A DNA stretch of 63,246 bases, counting the filler, from Reclinomonas americana ATCC 50394 (taxonomy: Eukaryota), in assembly GCA_048213135.1 (NCBI GenBank). It is 11 parts of 11 records of this genome, joined end to end, with 100 filler letters (N's around TTAATTAATTAA, not from the genome) between each part and the next. Parts side by side here need not be neighbours in the genome. Positions count along the whole stretch, not along the records: positions 37,642 to 47,073 come from AFZH01021654.1; positions 47,174 to 49,873 come from AFZH01021656.1; positions 49,974 to 51,114 come from AFZH01021657.1; 8 more parts are not named here. One strand, 5' to 3'. The translations under genes were made by a program, and so were the position numbers. The notes below the pieces were generated by a model. The model saw nothing but the letters and a program-made list of their open reading frames with translations, had not been told where the DNA came from and searched no databases. Numbering within the stretch: position 1 is the first letter of the stretch; each line of letters begins with the position of its first letter. Positions 38,601 through 51,114 of this stretch are shown in pieces.

Positions 38601-41600
38601 GAGGCCACACAAACGAACCACCGACGACGCCGTGTCGATGAAGAGGGCATCCACGCCATTTCCGGCAATCATGTTGCCGATGGTAGTGGAGGTCAGAGAA
38701 GCCAACAGGAATTGGTACGCTGTGCATAACATCCAAGGCAACTGTGATAACATGGAGCACTCTCATCGAAGAAAATCAGTAGCAACGCAACAGTCATTCA
38801 GGTCAACCAGAGCGACTTGCCCAGAGCTCTGCAACGACGTGAATAATCAGTAGACCGCAAGGAAAGAAAGAGAGAAAGAGTGGAAGGTGCACACCGCGCC
38901 GCCAATGAGCAGTCGCTTGGAGGGCGTGTTGCCGTCGTCGACGAGTGTCATTCCGCTCATGCTACACACATTTACACACACGCGCGACACCAAATTCAGT
39001 GAGGATATGATCATCATGTTTACAGAGACGCAAGCACAAGATGCACCTTGTCGGCACTCCACTTGTGAGAAGCGGTCCTTCAGCATATGCCGCCATGGCC
39101 GCCGTTCCCACCACCGTCGTTGCCGTGCCTGTAGCGACCCATCGAATATAAGCGCACCTGCACGTGTGAAGGAGGAGGGCACGAGAGCACAACACGCACA
39201 TGGCAGATACACGTCGCAGGTGCTGGTCAGCGCCAGCGTGCTAACGGTGCGCAGTGACTCGTCTGCACATCATAGTGAGGTAAAGCACTTTTCTCTCTTG
39301 CATCCTCTGTGCACAACAACACTTGCCTGCGACATACAACTTGGAGTTGACCGAGTCAAAATACAGGGCAGTTGGCCTGACGAATGCTGCCGATATGGTG
39401 CTCACAAGACCTGCGGTGCACTCCAGTTGGTGTGCGGTAGTAATGCAGGTGAATGAGCAGGGAGCGCTGCACGCAACGTCCTTGCAACGACACGCGACGG
39501 ATAGAGCCACTGCCAACATCCGCCACGTACAGGATCATGTTCGTACTATCGGCCTGCACGACAGAAGAAGAGAGAGAGAAAAGAGAGTCAGACACGGAAC
39601 GACTCGCTCGCCATCAAGCAAGAAGGTGGCCTTCACCTGCATGGCGGTCGGTTGTGAAAACTGCGCCGACTCAAACGGCGCGTCTCGTGTTCCTGCCGTG
39701 CCGTAGGTGCCAGCGACGCTGGTCATTGTGCCTTGTGGATCGATGCGCCACATGACATGCGACTGTCCGCAGTGCACACATGTCAACTCACTACTTATCA
39801 AGTGGCACAGGGAACCAAGACAACTCACCGTCGAATCCGTGACAAACACGTCACCGCCGACGCTGGCGACTTCGGCAACCGCAGATGCGCGCGATGTAAG
39901 ACCGGGTGCGTTCACGGGTACGCTGCATGCGGTCGGCGACACTGCGCGCGCAAGAGAGGAACATCAGCGGGCCGACAGATGCTGATGGTTCTTTTGCACA
40001 AATCAAACTCACCGACAGTGACCGTGCCGAGCAGCAAGTACGACCAGCCCGAATTCCACGACACACACAAGTACCACGTGCCGGCGGTGGCAGTCGACGC
40101 ATCTACTTTGACGAACTTGCGGGAGTCACCAGACGGCGAGCTCATCATGGCACTTGGCAGAGTTCCAGTCGTCGATGACGCGCCGTTGCAGTTGCTACTG
40201 GTCATGATGATCGCAGTCGCCGAGCTCGATAGGTCCGGAAGCGCTGTGCCCTTGAGTACAAGCACCTGATTCGCGGCCGCATATATGGTCGATGGCGTGG
40301 GAGTGCCCGTCACCGACGCTGAGAAAAACGAAACGAGTGAATCGACAGGAGCTGTGTCATGCATTTGCACATGTACGAACCAACGCGCAAGACACCAGCG
40401 GCAGAGGCCTGACCACTCTTGGTGGCGCACACGTGATACACGCCAGCCACTACTGTTACTCCCACGGAGATATTCACAGTGCAGAGAGACGTGCTACTGC
40501 AGCTGTTTGACGGAACGCTCGTGTCGTTAACCTGCGTCGTGCAGTCGGCAGTGGTGGCCAGCATCCACGTCGAATTGTCAATGTTGCAACCCTTGACAGT
40601 GACGGCGACCTGCGACGACAGCCCAGCCACAACAACGGGATTCGACACGAAAATCGGAGCCACTGCACGATTGAAACAACTCGAGTGTGAGACTTTTTAC
40701 CGTATCTAGGCGCGACTATCCAATCACGCAAGACGCACCGCGATAGCCGAGGAAGGTGATGCTCGTCTGCATTCACATAGACGTACATCAGTGAGCCGTG
40801 TCACAAACGGGAAGGTAAAACGAGAGAGAGAGCGACTCACCGCCTGCGAGAAGAGAGCATTGTAGCCTTTTAGCGACACGCCGGTAAGGTTGTTCTGCGA
40901 GTACCGCGGCGATGCCACTGCAGGGAGAATCAGAGGTCAGCGAGGACAAGGAACTCACGCACAGGAAAAGGCGCTACGCACCACCGCCACTGGTAAACTC
41001 ATACAATCCTTGAGTAGAAAACAGCGCAAGACCGACAGAGGAGGACCCGACAGGAGTCAAGGCTGCCGCTGAGGTTGACGCGATCACGACTGGTACTGCA
41101 TTTTGGGCAAGCAGAATGATTGGCGCTCACACCTCTCAAAGTCAACAACACCGCGTAAATCACACAAACCAGCGACCGCGGGTCCAGTAATGATGGTTTG
41201 CGTGGACGTAGACACGTACAGGGTAGTGGGGCCACCCAGGTCCACGGCAATAGCCTTCGGTGATGTGATGCCAGTGAGGTATGTGGTGACAGCGCCGGTG
41301 CCTGCAACACAGACAAGAAAAATGACGACTCAGTCAGCCAAGCAACTGGTCACTCGACAGAAGCGATCGGCGAACCAGTGAGTGCGACTTGGCGAATCGA
41401 ATTGTTGTTCGTATCCGCTACGTACAGCGATGTGCCAGACACATCGAGTCCGGAGGGGGAGTTGAACTGCACACATACATTCCCTTGCTGAGCGAGTGAC
41501 TGGCGACGACACCTGATGAGGATTTCACTCACCGTGGCACTCGTTCTCACAGCACTGTTAGTCGAACCAGCGACACCCGCCGTTCCGGCATAAGTTGTCA

Positions 41601-44600
41601 CGAAGCCTGCATGAAGGGAGACAACAATTAGATTCATCATCCGCCGCCACCAATGCGCGAACCGGGCACCGCAGTCAGGCATACATACCATCAGCCGAAA
41701 TCCGTCGAATCACATGGAAGCTCTGCACCATGACGTCGTGCAGTCAGTACACGATTCTCATAACAAAGATGAGCGTGCACGCGTACCGGCTCAGCCACAA
41801 ACACATTCTCCGAATAATACGCAATGCCGCCGGTGGTGGCAGTCCAGCCGACTGAGGAGGCCACACCGGAGAGCGACGATGCACTTGTAGCGCGGGCTCC
41901 ATTACCAGCAAGAGATGTTACGTTGCCGGCGGGATCCACGCGACGAACGTACGACGCCTGCACACATTCAACCGTGAGAAACAGCGATGCGAGCACAATC
42001 GTCCCTGTCACCGCACTGACCGATTGATCAACCACGAATATGCTCGACACACTCGGCGTATACAACACGGCAGAGATGCCCGAAAACGAGTTACCGGTAA
42101 GGGTTGGAGCACACACAGCCGTATCTGCGCGAGGTGCAACACGCATTCACATTTGCGATTTCAAGCCGATCATGCACACACACTCACCAGCAACAATGGT
42201 GACGGTCACCGTGAGAACGAGAGCAGCATAAGTGCCGTGAGTAGCCTTGATACTCAGGGAGGTCGTGCCGGATGGGAGCGCACTGCCCACGACTACAGTC
42301 GAGCCAGTGACCTTGTATCCAGTCTGGAAACAGCGCGAAAGCAAGTGAGCACGAGTTGCTTTACAGCAGCACGGCATGCGCACACGAGCACACCGTCACA
42401 GTGATGAGCGAGTAAGAATACACGTTGGCACCCGCAGCGGTGTTGCTGGGCGGTAATAGTGTCGATAGTGATCCGACCAGTGTGTCCTCACTGGAGCCCA
42501 GAGACACCACGTTGGGTGACAGGCTCACGGTAGTGGGTCCGAAGAACACTGGGTGGCAGGTGAGCGGACATCAGAATTTCTGCGCGCCATCGTTTCAATT
42601 GCTTACCATTGATGGTAAATGACACTGGTGTGGCGATCGATGAAGTTCCGTCGCTCACAGAGACCGAGACGACAAACTTCAAGTTGGCGGTGGAGGCGAG
42701 AGAGAGCGGAATCGTCGTCGTCGGTTTCCACTCCAGGTAGGCGTATGAGCACGGGCTGGCCAATGATGTGAGCTGCAGGTAGGTCGTGTCGCCCGACGTG
42801 AACGTAAACGTGTGACAGTCCTTTGGATTTTCTGTCGGAGAACAAAAGGAATAAGATAGGGCGATTCGGTGCGACGGGAGACACGCACGTCGCAACTGTC
42901 GACGGCGCGAAGCGTGCCAATCGGTCGCGACGCAGTGTACGGCGTGCTGACGGTGGTCCCGTCAGTAACCGATGTCGCCGAGGCGACAAACAGGTTGAGG
43001 GTCTCCGCCGCGCACGCAGTCCCGGAACAACAGGTTCCAACGGCGCCGGAACACGCCAAGATGTCCGTGGGAGCATAGTTTGCTGCACACAAACGATGGT
43101 GTCAACGCACACGCACAGGGCGACAGCAGAACCGTGGCGTACTGCGGGACGAAACTCTCATTGACGGTGCATGTTGTGCTGAAATTCAGCGTTGCTGAAC
43201 CAGAATCGGTCGCGGTGACGCTGAGTACGTATGACCCTGACAAGGCCAGACTGCCTTTCTTGAACGAGAGGCCAGTGACACGGAATGCATCGACGAGAGG
43301 AGTCGCATCGCCAACCGCCGTGACAGAGTTGAGTGTCAGCGTGTTGCTCGCGCCACTGCCATCCGGATCTGCGCAGCAAAACACAAAAATGCACATGAAC
43401 AATGCAACGTGTGTGCACCATCACCATTCAAGCTCGCCCAACCGTACCGGTAATGGAAAACGAGCCAAGTACAGTGTCAGCAGTCGCCGACGGGTCGTAC
43501 GATGTCGGACACGTAATGGCTGATGGCGCGCGATTCACCGCCACAGTGAGTGCCTGCGAGAACGTCAAGTTGCCGGTGCCACTATCTGTGGTCTGTAGCC
43601 GAATCCGAATCGAGGTGCTGGAGAACGAGTTTGCCAGAATTGTGGTTGCATTGTCGACCACAAGCGAGCTGTTGCTGATGGAGAACAAGCCGTTATCGTT
43701 GTCGCCGGTTCCCGCCACCTTGGCGTACTGGAATGTCTGCGCCGGCAGATTGGGATCCGTGGAGGACAGCGTGCCAATGGTGGTACCAGCCGGCACACCA
43801 GCAGTCGGGATCAGAAGCACGTTGCTGGCGGCGTAGGCGCCACTGAGCGTCACGCTGATGGCAGTCGGAGCACGATTCTCTGTGAGCGGAAGCACGTGGT
43901 CAGCTGCAGTCGCTAGCCGAAGCAATAGATGCTCACGCAACGCTCCGTGAGTGTCAGCGACACTGTTCGCGCCAACGTTGAAAATTGAGTATCGGTCGCC
44001 GTGAGGCTGACGACAATGGTGTTTTTGAGTTGCGCCGACGTGGCAGCCAACAGCAGCTGGTTGCTGCTGTCGATAGTGAAGAGCGACTTCAGGTCAAAGT
44101 TGTCGATCTGTCGCACCACCGCGCTTAGCGACAATGTATTCTGCCTGTATGCGGCGGCAGAATCACCATCTGCAGACAGAGATCAGCTAAGGCAGAGAGG
44201 CACACACAGAAAAAACGCGGTGACGTACCAACAATGGCAAAGGTGCCTATTACTGCGCCTACCGTAGCTGTCGTGTCGTAGGTCGACGGTCCCGTGATAT
44301 CGGTGGCTGGATTGTTGAGTGGAAACGTAATGGTCGTGGTGGTGAACAGATTCGTCGGAGTGCCATCGTCGGTGGCGCGAACGCGGATGGTCAGCGAGGT
44401 AACACCACTCGAGTATGCGATGCCACCGACAGCGGGAAACAGCGTGGTGCCGACAATGCGGAACTTGGCATTGTCCAATGCACCACCCACACTGTCGAGG
44501 GTAAAGGTCAGCGTCTGACCGACGTTGGCGTCCGATGCCGACAGCGTGCCGATACTGACTGCATCCGACCGCCCAGTACCCGTGATGGGCACCACGAGCG

Positions 44601-47073
44601 CCCCCGAAGTCGCATAATCGGTGCCAGCTGTCGCTTGTAGCACAATCGACGTCGGCGCCACATTGGCTGCACAGGACAGAATAGAGCGTGGATTCGAGTG
44701 AGCGACATGTGGCGGCGACAAAAAAAAAGCCAGACGCTCTTGACTCAACTCTCCTTCAGCTCAAACGTCTCCTCATAGAACAGCGTACTGAGTTGCGAAT
44801 CTTCCGCGCGCACACGGACGGAGACCGTGCCGGTTGGAATCGCGGAGCCCAGCTTTAACGTCAGTCCAGACAAGGTGAATGCATTGGTTAGTGCCACGCC
44901 ATTCTGTGTCACCGACACCAACGAGAGCGTGTTGGTCTTGTACGGTGCCGCATCGGCATCTGTTACAGTAACGGGGCAGAAGGAGGCGTCAATACGAGAA
45001 GCAGCGAACTGGAGCACAACAGCACCACGCAAACACACCAACAATCGCAAAGTCGGTGGTGACCGAGTCATTTTCCATGCCATTCTGGTTGTAATTGGTG
45101 GGTCCGGTGATGTCGGTGGGGGCATTGTTCAGCGTCAACGTGTACGACAGGTCTTGCGAAAGGCCGCCAGAGTCTGTCACGCGGAACTTGAGCGACAGTG
45201 TGCCGTATGTCGGAGCCGCAACACCAGATGCCGACACGCGGATCTTGTTGGTGGAGTACACCTCGAACAAGCTGTTACTCGTGCTGTTGTCCGTCGGCAG
45301 CGAGTATGTCAGCGTCTGCGCCGGCAGATTGGCGTCGTTGGCGCTTAACGTGCCAATGTCGGTACCCGCCACGAGACCACTGGTTGGAATCGGCAAAACA
45401 GTTGTCGTTCCGGTATAGGGACTTGAGAGGGTAAAGGCGAGGCTTGTCGGCGCCACATTGACTGCGAGAATGTGAGGCGTGAGGAATGTTGACAATCAGA
45501 TGTACGCAATTTGTTGACGAAACTTTCCGAGAGCGTGAACGACTTGGTGACAAACAGAGTCGACACCACCGAGTCGGTGGCCTTCACGCTGACGGTGACG
45601 TTCCCGGAGGGTGTACTTGTCCCGAGAGTCAGCACGAAGGTGGAAGAATTCAGCGACAACACGTTGTTGCTGAGTGCGCCGCCGAGGCTGTCAGTTATCG
45701 AAACGATGCTCATCGTGTTGCTGTTGTACGTCGTGTCGGCATCTGGTGATGATGAAGTGGCAAAGTGAGAGAGCCTGTTGACTGAGCATACACGCGCGCA
45801 CAGATGACACAGAAAAAGCACGCACCGGTCACGGTGAACGTTCCAATGGCGGTGCTTGTGCCGGTTCGATCGTACGTGCTGTTCGAGAGTGTAATGTCGG
45901 TTGGAGCGTTATCAAACGCAATGGAGATGACCGAGTCGGTGGATGCTGGAGTGGAGCCAGAGTCGGTGGCGCGCACCAAGATGCTCAACGACGCTGATTG
46001 ACGCAGTGGCAGCGCCGTGGCCAGCACGAGATTTGTGCCGGTGATGGTGAACTTGGAGTTGTCTGTGGATCCTACGCCACTCTGAAGGCTGAATGACACC
46101 GTCTGGCCCGTGTTGACGTCTGTCGAGGAGAGTGTGCCGACGGTGATGCTGGCTGCCAGTCCGCTTGCGGGCACTGCCAGCACCAGAGGATTCGAGGTGG
46201 AGTATGCATACGTTGCTGAGAGGGTGAGGGCCGGTGCCGTTGGCGGCGTGTTGACTGCACACACCGCTCTGTCAGACCACGGAGAGTAGATGATGGATGG
46301 AAGAGCAGAGGTCGCACGCAACATTCAGACACCGTGATACTTTCCTCGTACCAAATGCCCGGGAACGTTGCATCAGAGGCACGGATGGTGAGCACATATG
46401 TGCCCGAGGGCGATGACGTGCCGATGATGAGAGTTGACCCGTCTGATCCGGAAACATCAAAGAAGCCCGACTGCAGCACCGAGTTCTGACTCACGCCAGA
46501 CAGCGTGTACGAGTTCGTCGCGTACGTAGCAGAGTCCGTGTCTTGTGACCGCAAAAACACATCGTAAGTCTCCGGCTACTTGTGCTCGTGTCAGTGACAC
46601 ACACACCTGTGCTCGATATTGTGGCTACTGTACTCCCAGTTGTCGGCGGCACAACGTACGCCGTCGTGGACAGGTTGATCTTGGTGGCCGGGCGGTTGAG
46701 AGTGATCTGTTTCAGGAATGCCGTGCTGGTCATCGCCGGTGAACTGTGTGTTCGTGTCTCGTGAGTGAGCGCGCTGTCCAAACCATCCGCACACGCACGC
46801 ACACACAAACACACATACCCATTATCGGTGACCAAGATGCAAATATTGAGTGTGGACGTCGACGACACAGTACTCGGCGTGATGGTGGATGCTGTCGACA
46901 CGAGTCCGGTGGAAGAATTGATGGAGAACAAGTTGTTGTTGGAGGTACCACTGCAGCCGGAGCCGAGTGAAAAAGTCTTCGTCTGCCCACTGTTCACATC
47001 GGTTGCCGCCGCTGTGCACACGCTGGTGGAGGCGGCGACACCAGTCTTGAAAATGTTGAACGCTCCCGTGAAA
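29616..47073 (-). CDS. Giant cell-surface protein: >=12 cadherin-like domains, NHL propellers, Ig/IPT-like domains, Pmp-type beta-helix, multi-pass TM region and acidic cytoplasmic tail (5' partial; spans two gaps)
   Basis: 42150-47073: repeats N.APT.I...IGTLS..D.N..QT.T.SL...DN..F.I...IRVRATD.G. 38300-42110: NHL motifs FNSPSGLDVSGTSLYVADTNNNSIRQV and VAGTYGTAGTRD..AQFSQPTAM. 33900-37500: FSSNTA/GGAVY/GGAIS repeats. 31100-33240: TM block FLFYPSVS..FFNC..ADYRNFCYD..RFSVLYSDYK..WW..QL..YRRP. Stop at 29616. Joining across the spacers is an inference. Confidence 0.72.
33271..33370. other. Artificial assembly spacer
   Basis: N44-TTAATTAATTAA-N44. Confidence 0.98.
37542..37641. other. Artificial assembly spacer
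   Basis: N44-TTAATTAATTAA-N44. Confidence 0.98.
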
Positions 47074-47173
47074 NNNNNNNNNNNNNNNNNNNNNNNNNNN
47101 NNNNNNNNNNNNNNNNNTTAATTAATTAANNNNNNNNNNNNNNNNNNNNNNNNNNNNNNNNNNNNNNNNNNNN
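47074..47173. other. Artificial assembly spacer
   Basis: N44-TTAATTAATTAA-N44. Confidence 0.98.
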
Positions 47174-47236
47174 AGCTGATTCGCAGTTATTTAGATAGCA
47201 GGGGCAAGAATAAAACACTCACTCTCTCTCTCTCTC

Positions 47237-48840
47237 TCACTCTCTTCTCCTTTCCCCGCATGAACACACCTCCAAGTGCGCGGGATGCGCCTCGCCCAAC
47301 TGCTCGGCAAACGGTCGCATCTCATTGAGCAACCGCACGCCGTCGTCGGGTCGGTCGAGCGAGGTGTAGGTGAGGGCGAGCGCCGAGGCCGCGAGGATGG
47401 TGTGTGGATGTGACGCGCCCAGTAGTCGCCTCCGCTGCTCGAACACCACGCGCAGCTCGGTCGCCGACTCGGCGAAATGGGCGGCCAGGTGCAGCACCTC
47501 GCCGAGGGCGAACTGCGCGTCGAGCACATCCAGCGACTGCTCTCCCACAATGAGCATCACGTCTTCACGATCCGCGGTCGCCATCAGCTCCGCATCGTCG
47601 GGCGCGAGTGCAAAAAACGAGGGATGCCGCAGCCACTGTGCGTGCGCGTTTTCACGCTGTCGCCGCAGCAATTCTCGCACCACCTCCACCGACACCGCGT
47701 AGTCGCCGAGATGTGCCATGGTGCGTGCGGCCAGCAGACGCATGCGCAACACGTCTGGGTGATCCGCGCCCTGTGACTCCTCCCACAGCTGCACCAGCGT
47801 TCGCGCCCCGTCGTTGGCCTCGGTGTAGAAACCGTCGGCAAACTTGGCCTCCACACAATGCCGATTCACCAATAGTCGCTCGGGGTGCTTCTCGCCCAGT
47901 TCCGCACGCAGAATGTCATCCGCCTCGTGGTGCAACGCATACGCCGCACCAAACTTGCCAATCCCCATCAGTACCTGGCCTCGAGCATCGACCAGCAGCG
48001 CACGATTCACCGCATCGTTCTCATGCGGCTGCAGTCGCCACTCGCACACGTGCTCCAGCTTGGCCGCCTGCGCAACTCGCCCCCTCCGAATCGCCAAGCG
48101 CGTCAACTCTCGCACAGCACCAGTCACCAGCACACGTCGCGACCGCGAGAGGAATGCCGCCGCCGGCGCCGTGCAGGCCAACACAAAGCACCGCAACAAC
48201 GCTCGCTCGGCCAGCTCCAACTGCTGCGCGGCATAGGCGGCCCGACCGAGCAACAGAAGCGCCTCGAGACTGCGCGCGGTGCCTGCACTCACTGCATGTG
48301 CCACATCCAGCTCCACGCACGCCTGCAACCAGTCGCCCTTCAGCACACTCCGCTCGCCACTGGCAATCAGTCGCCGCGCGGCCTCCTCGTCTGCGTGGTG
48401 AGAGAGAGAGAGGAGGGGGGTGAGAGAGGTGATGTGGAGACTGTCAAGGTGGGGCAACAAAGTCCACACACCGCGCACAGTGGCCGGTGGTGCCTGCGCG
48501 CACAACAGCGGAAGCGGGACCGCACGACTCAGCGCCTCATCGACCTGCGTCAGTCGCACACACAACTGCCCGTCCAGCACGCGCTCCACCAAGCCGCACG
48601 AGTCGGCGATGAAGGCATTCAGCAACTCCTCTGCGAGTGCGCGTGTGAGAGAGTGTGTGAGCAAGAATCAAATGCTGACATGCGACCGAACACGCAACGA
48701 TCGGTGGAGCACACGAGCACCTCCTCAGGTGCCGATGAGAGGGCCTCTGGAGGCGAGGCAAGGCCTAGTGCTCCAGCAGCGGCAGCACCCGCCGCAGCAG
48801 CACCAGCGGCCACAGAGGAGAATGAAGTCGCGGCGCCCAT
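47237..48840 (-). CDS. TPR-repeat protein (kinesin-light-chain-like repeats), probably 3' partial
   Basis: Repeats AELGEKHPE, ESQGADHPDVL, LLGASHPHTILAASALALTYTSLDRPDDG and EQLGEAHPAHL. Probable start MGAATSFS at 48840 (MGxxxS), with intron 48698-48631. Confidence 0.75.
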
Positions 48841-49501
48841 TTCGTTGGTGATTGCGATGAGGAGGACAACCTCGGGACAGGAGTTGCAAGAAGCTGTGTT
48901 GTTGTGTATGAGTGACGAGGGAATGCAAAGCGTAGTAGTAGGTGTTACAGGTGCGTGTGTCACGCGAGAGTGTCGACTGCGAGATCGATGTTGTCAAACA
49001 AACAAAACACTTCATTCACCACATTCGCGATCGACAAACGCCCACGAATTCCTTGCCGACAATGACCAAGGCACAACTACCATAAACTTCTCCAAACAGT
49101 CATCTTCCCTTTCAGGAGGCAAAGCCAAGCAATCGCAGCGCAGATTGCAATTGGTCGACGTCTCAATTGCAAGTGGATCCGGATCCCAGATGCACGCGCA
49201 AGCTCCAGCCACGGACCGCAGCCTTTGCCACACCTTCTCTACGTATTCATAGCATGCATTGTTATACGCGGGGCCCACACATGGCGCATTCGTGCCAGCC
49301 TGCACAAAGAGACGACGTCGATCGCGACGTCGAGATTCGCCGCGCTATCGACGTCGGTCGCGCACAAAAGCAGCTGCTTCCGCTGGCCGCTCACCACAGA
49401 CAAAAGGATACAATACACCTGGGGGCCGCAGTTGACTTCTTTTCCACATGACAACGAAGGACAAAGCGAATCACACTCACTACTCACCTCGTCGATTCCA
49501 C

Positions 49502-49783
49502 ATGGCATCACGCCCAGGCAGCACCGCGACCACTCTCTCCTCCTCCGCCTCCACCGTGTCCGTGGTCTCTGCCGCCAGTGCGGCTGCGGCTGCGCGTCGC
49601 GCGGCTGCACTGGTGCGGCCTCCGTCCATGACTCTCCAGTTGGTGGCGGAGATTAGTGGCACGCAGACACGCCGGCGACGCTCTGGGCTCACCAGCAAGA
49701 CCTACACAGAGTACACGATTCGTGTCACGTGTCGGGGCAGCACGTGGACTGTGTTTAGGGTGAGTGAGAGAGATGAGGGGGGG

Positions 49784-49873
<90 letters not shown>

Positions 49874-51070
49874 NNNNNNNNNNNNNNNNNNNNNNNNNNN
49901 NNNNNNNNNNNNNNNNNTTAATTAATTAANNNNNNNNNNNNNNNNNNNNNNNNNNNNNNNNNNNNNNNNNNNNAGAGAGAGAGAGAGAGAGAGAGAGCTG
50001 TGTGAGAGAATGTGTGTGTTTGTGTGAATGAATCAGTGAGTGAAGAGAAGTGCATGCGTGGGCGGGAGAGTGAGAAGTGTGTGAGGGAGAATGTAGGTGA
50101 TGTAGGCGTCGCCTTATCCCTCACCTTATCCGTGCTTCCTCTCACCTGACCATGAGGTGCATTGATGATCATCATCCCATCATTATTTGTGGTTTTTCCG
50201 TCATGACTCTTCTCTTTGTCTCTCTCCCTCTTTCTCTCGCTGACTAACTATGTTGCTCTCCCTCTGCCTGTCTCTCTCTCTCTCTCACTCTCTCACGCAC
50301 TCTCTCGTCCCTTTGTCTCTGCCTATGTCTTCTCTTTCTCCCTCTGCCTCTCTGTCTCTCCACTTTCCTTCTCTTCTCCTTATTTCTCACTCTCCTTCTC
50401 TCTCCTTCTCTCCCCTTCCATCTCTCCCTATCTCTCTCTCCCTCTCCCTCTCCCTCTCTCTTGCTTACCATCTTTCCTCTCATGCAGCGATACCGCGAGT
50501 TCCACAAGCTGCACGCGGCCATGCTCAAGATCGCACAGGCGCCGCACCCTGAGTTTGGCACGATTCAGACGGTGGAGTTGCCGCCGTTCCCGGGCAAGAC
50601 GCTCTTCTCCGGCTCCGACTCGGTGGTGCGTGAGCGGCGGCAGCTGCTCGGTGTCTACCTCAGCTATGTGGTGCGCGATCCGCGCTTCTGTGCGGCTCCT
50701 GAGTTGCTGGCGTTTCTGCAAGTCAATGTTGCGTCGCGCGCCCTTTGGTCATCCACGCGCGCGCACGCGCTTGCTCATTTTGTGCGCGCAGGAGAGCCCC
50801 GTGTCGTATCTCCTCAATGCCGAGACCAGCGCCCGAGCTCCACCCGAGATTCCTGCTGTGCGGCGTCGGAAAAAGTTGCGCTTCTGCTGTGTCGTCGACC
50901 ATGTCTCCGTATCACTCACTGAGGTGATGTACAGGGCGCTGCGGAGTGCCATCCAAAATGAAATGTCGGCATTCCAGGCCACATCGGCACCGCACGAGGA
51001 TGAGACGACACATCGTGGCCTGGGCACGCCAGTTGAGTTGGCTGGTCAACTATGTGTCCCTCTGCCTCTC

Positions 51071-51114
<44 letters not shown>

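Noticed and set aside
47885..49252. 455-aa plus-strand ORF and similar long antisense ORFs (e.g. 9605-10411, 31801-32682)
   Set aside because: Shadow ORFs opposite GC-rich genuine exons, with no recognisable motifs.
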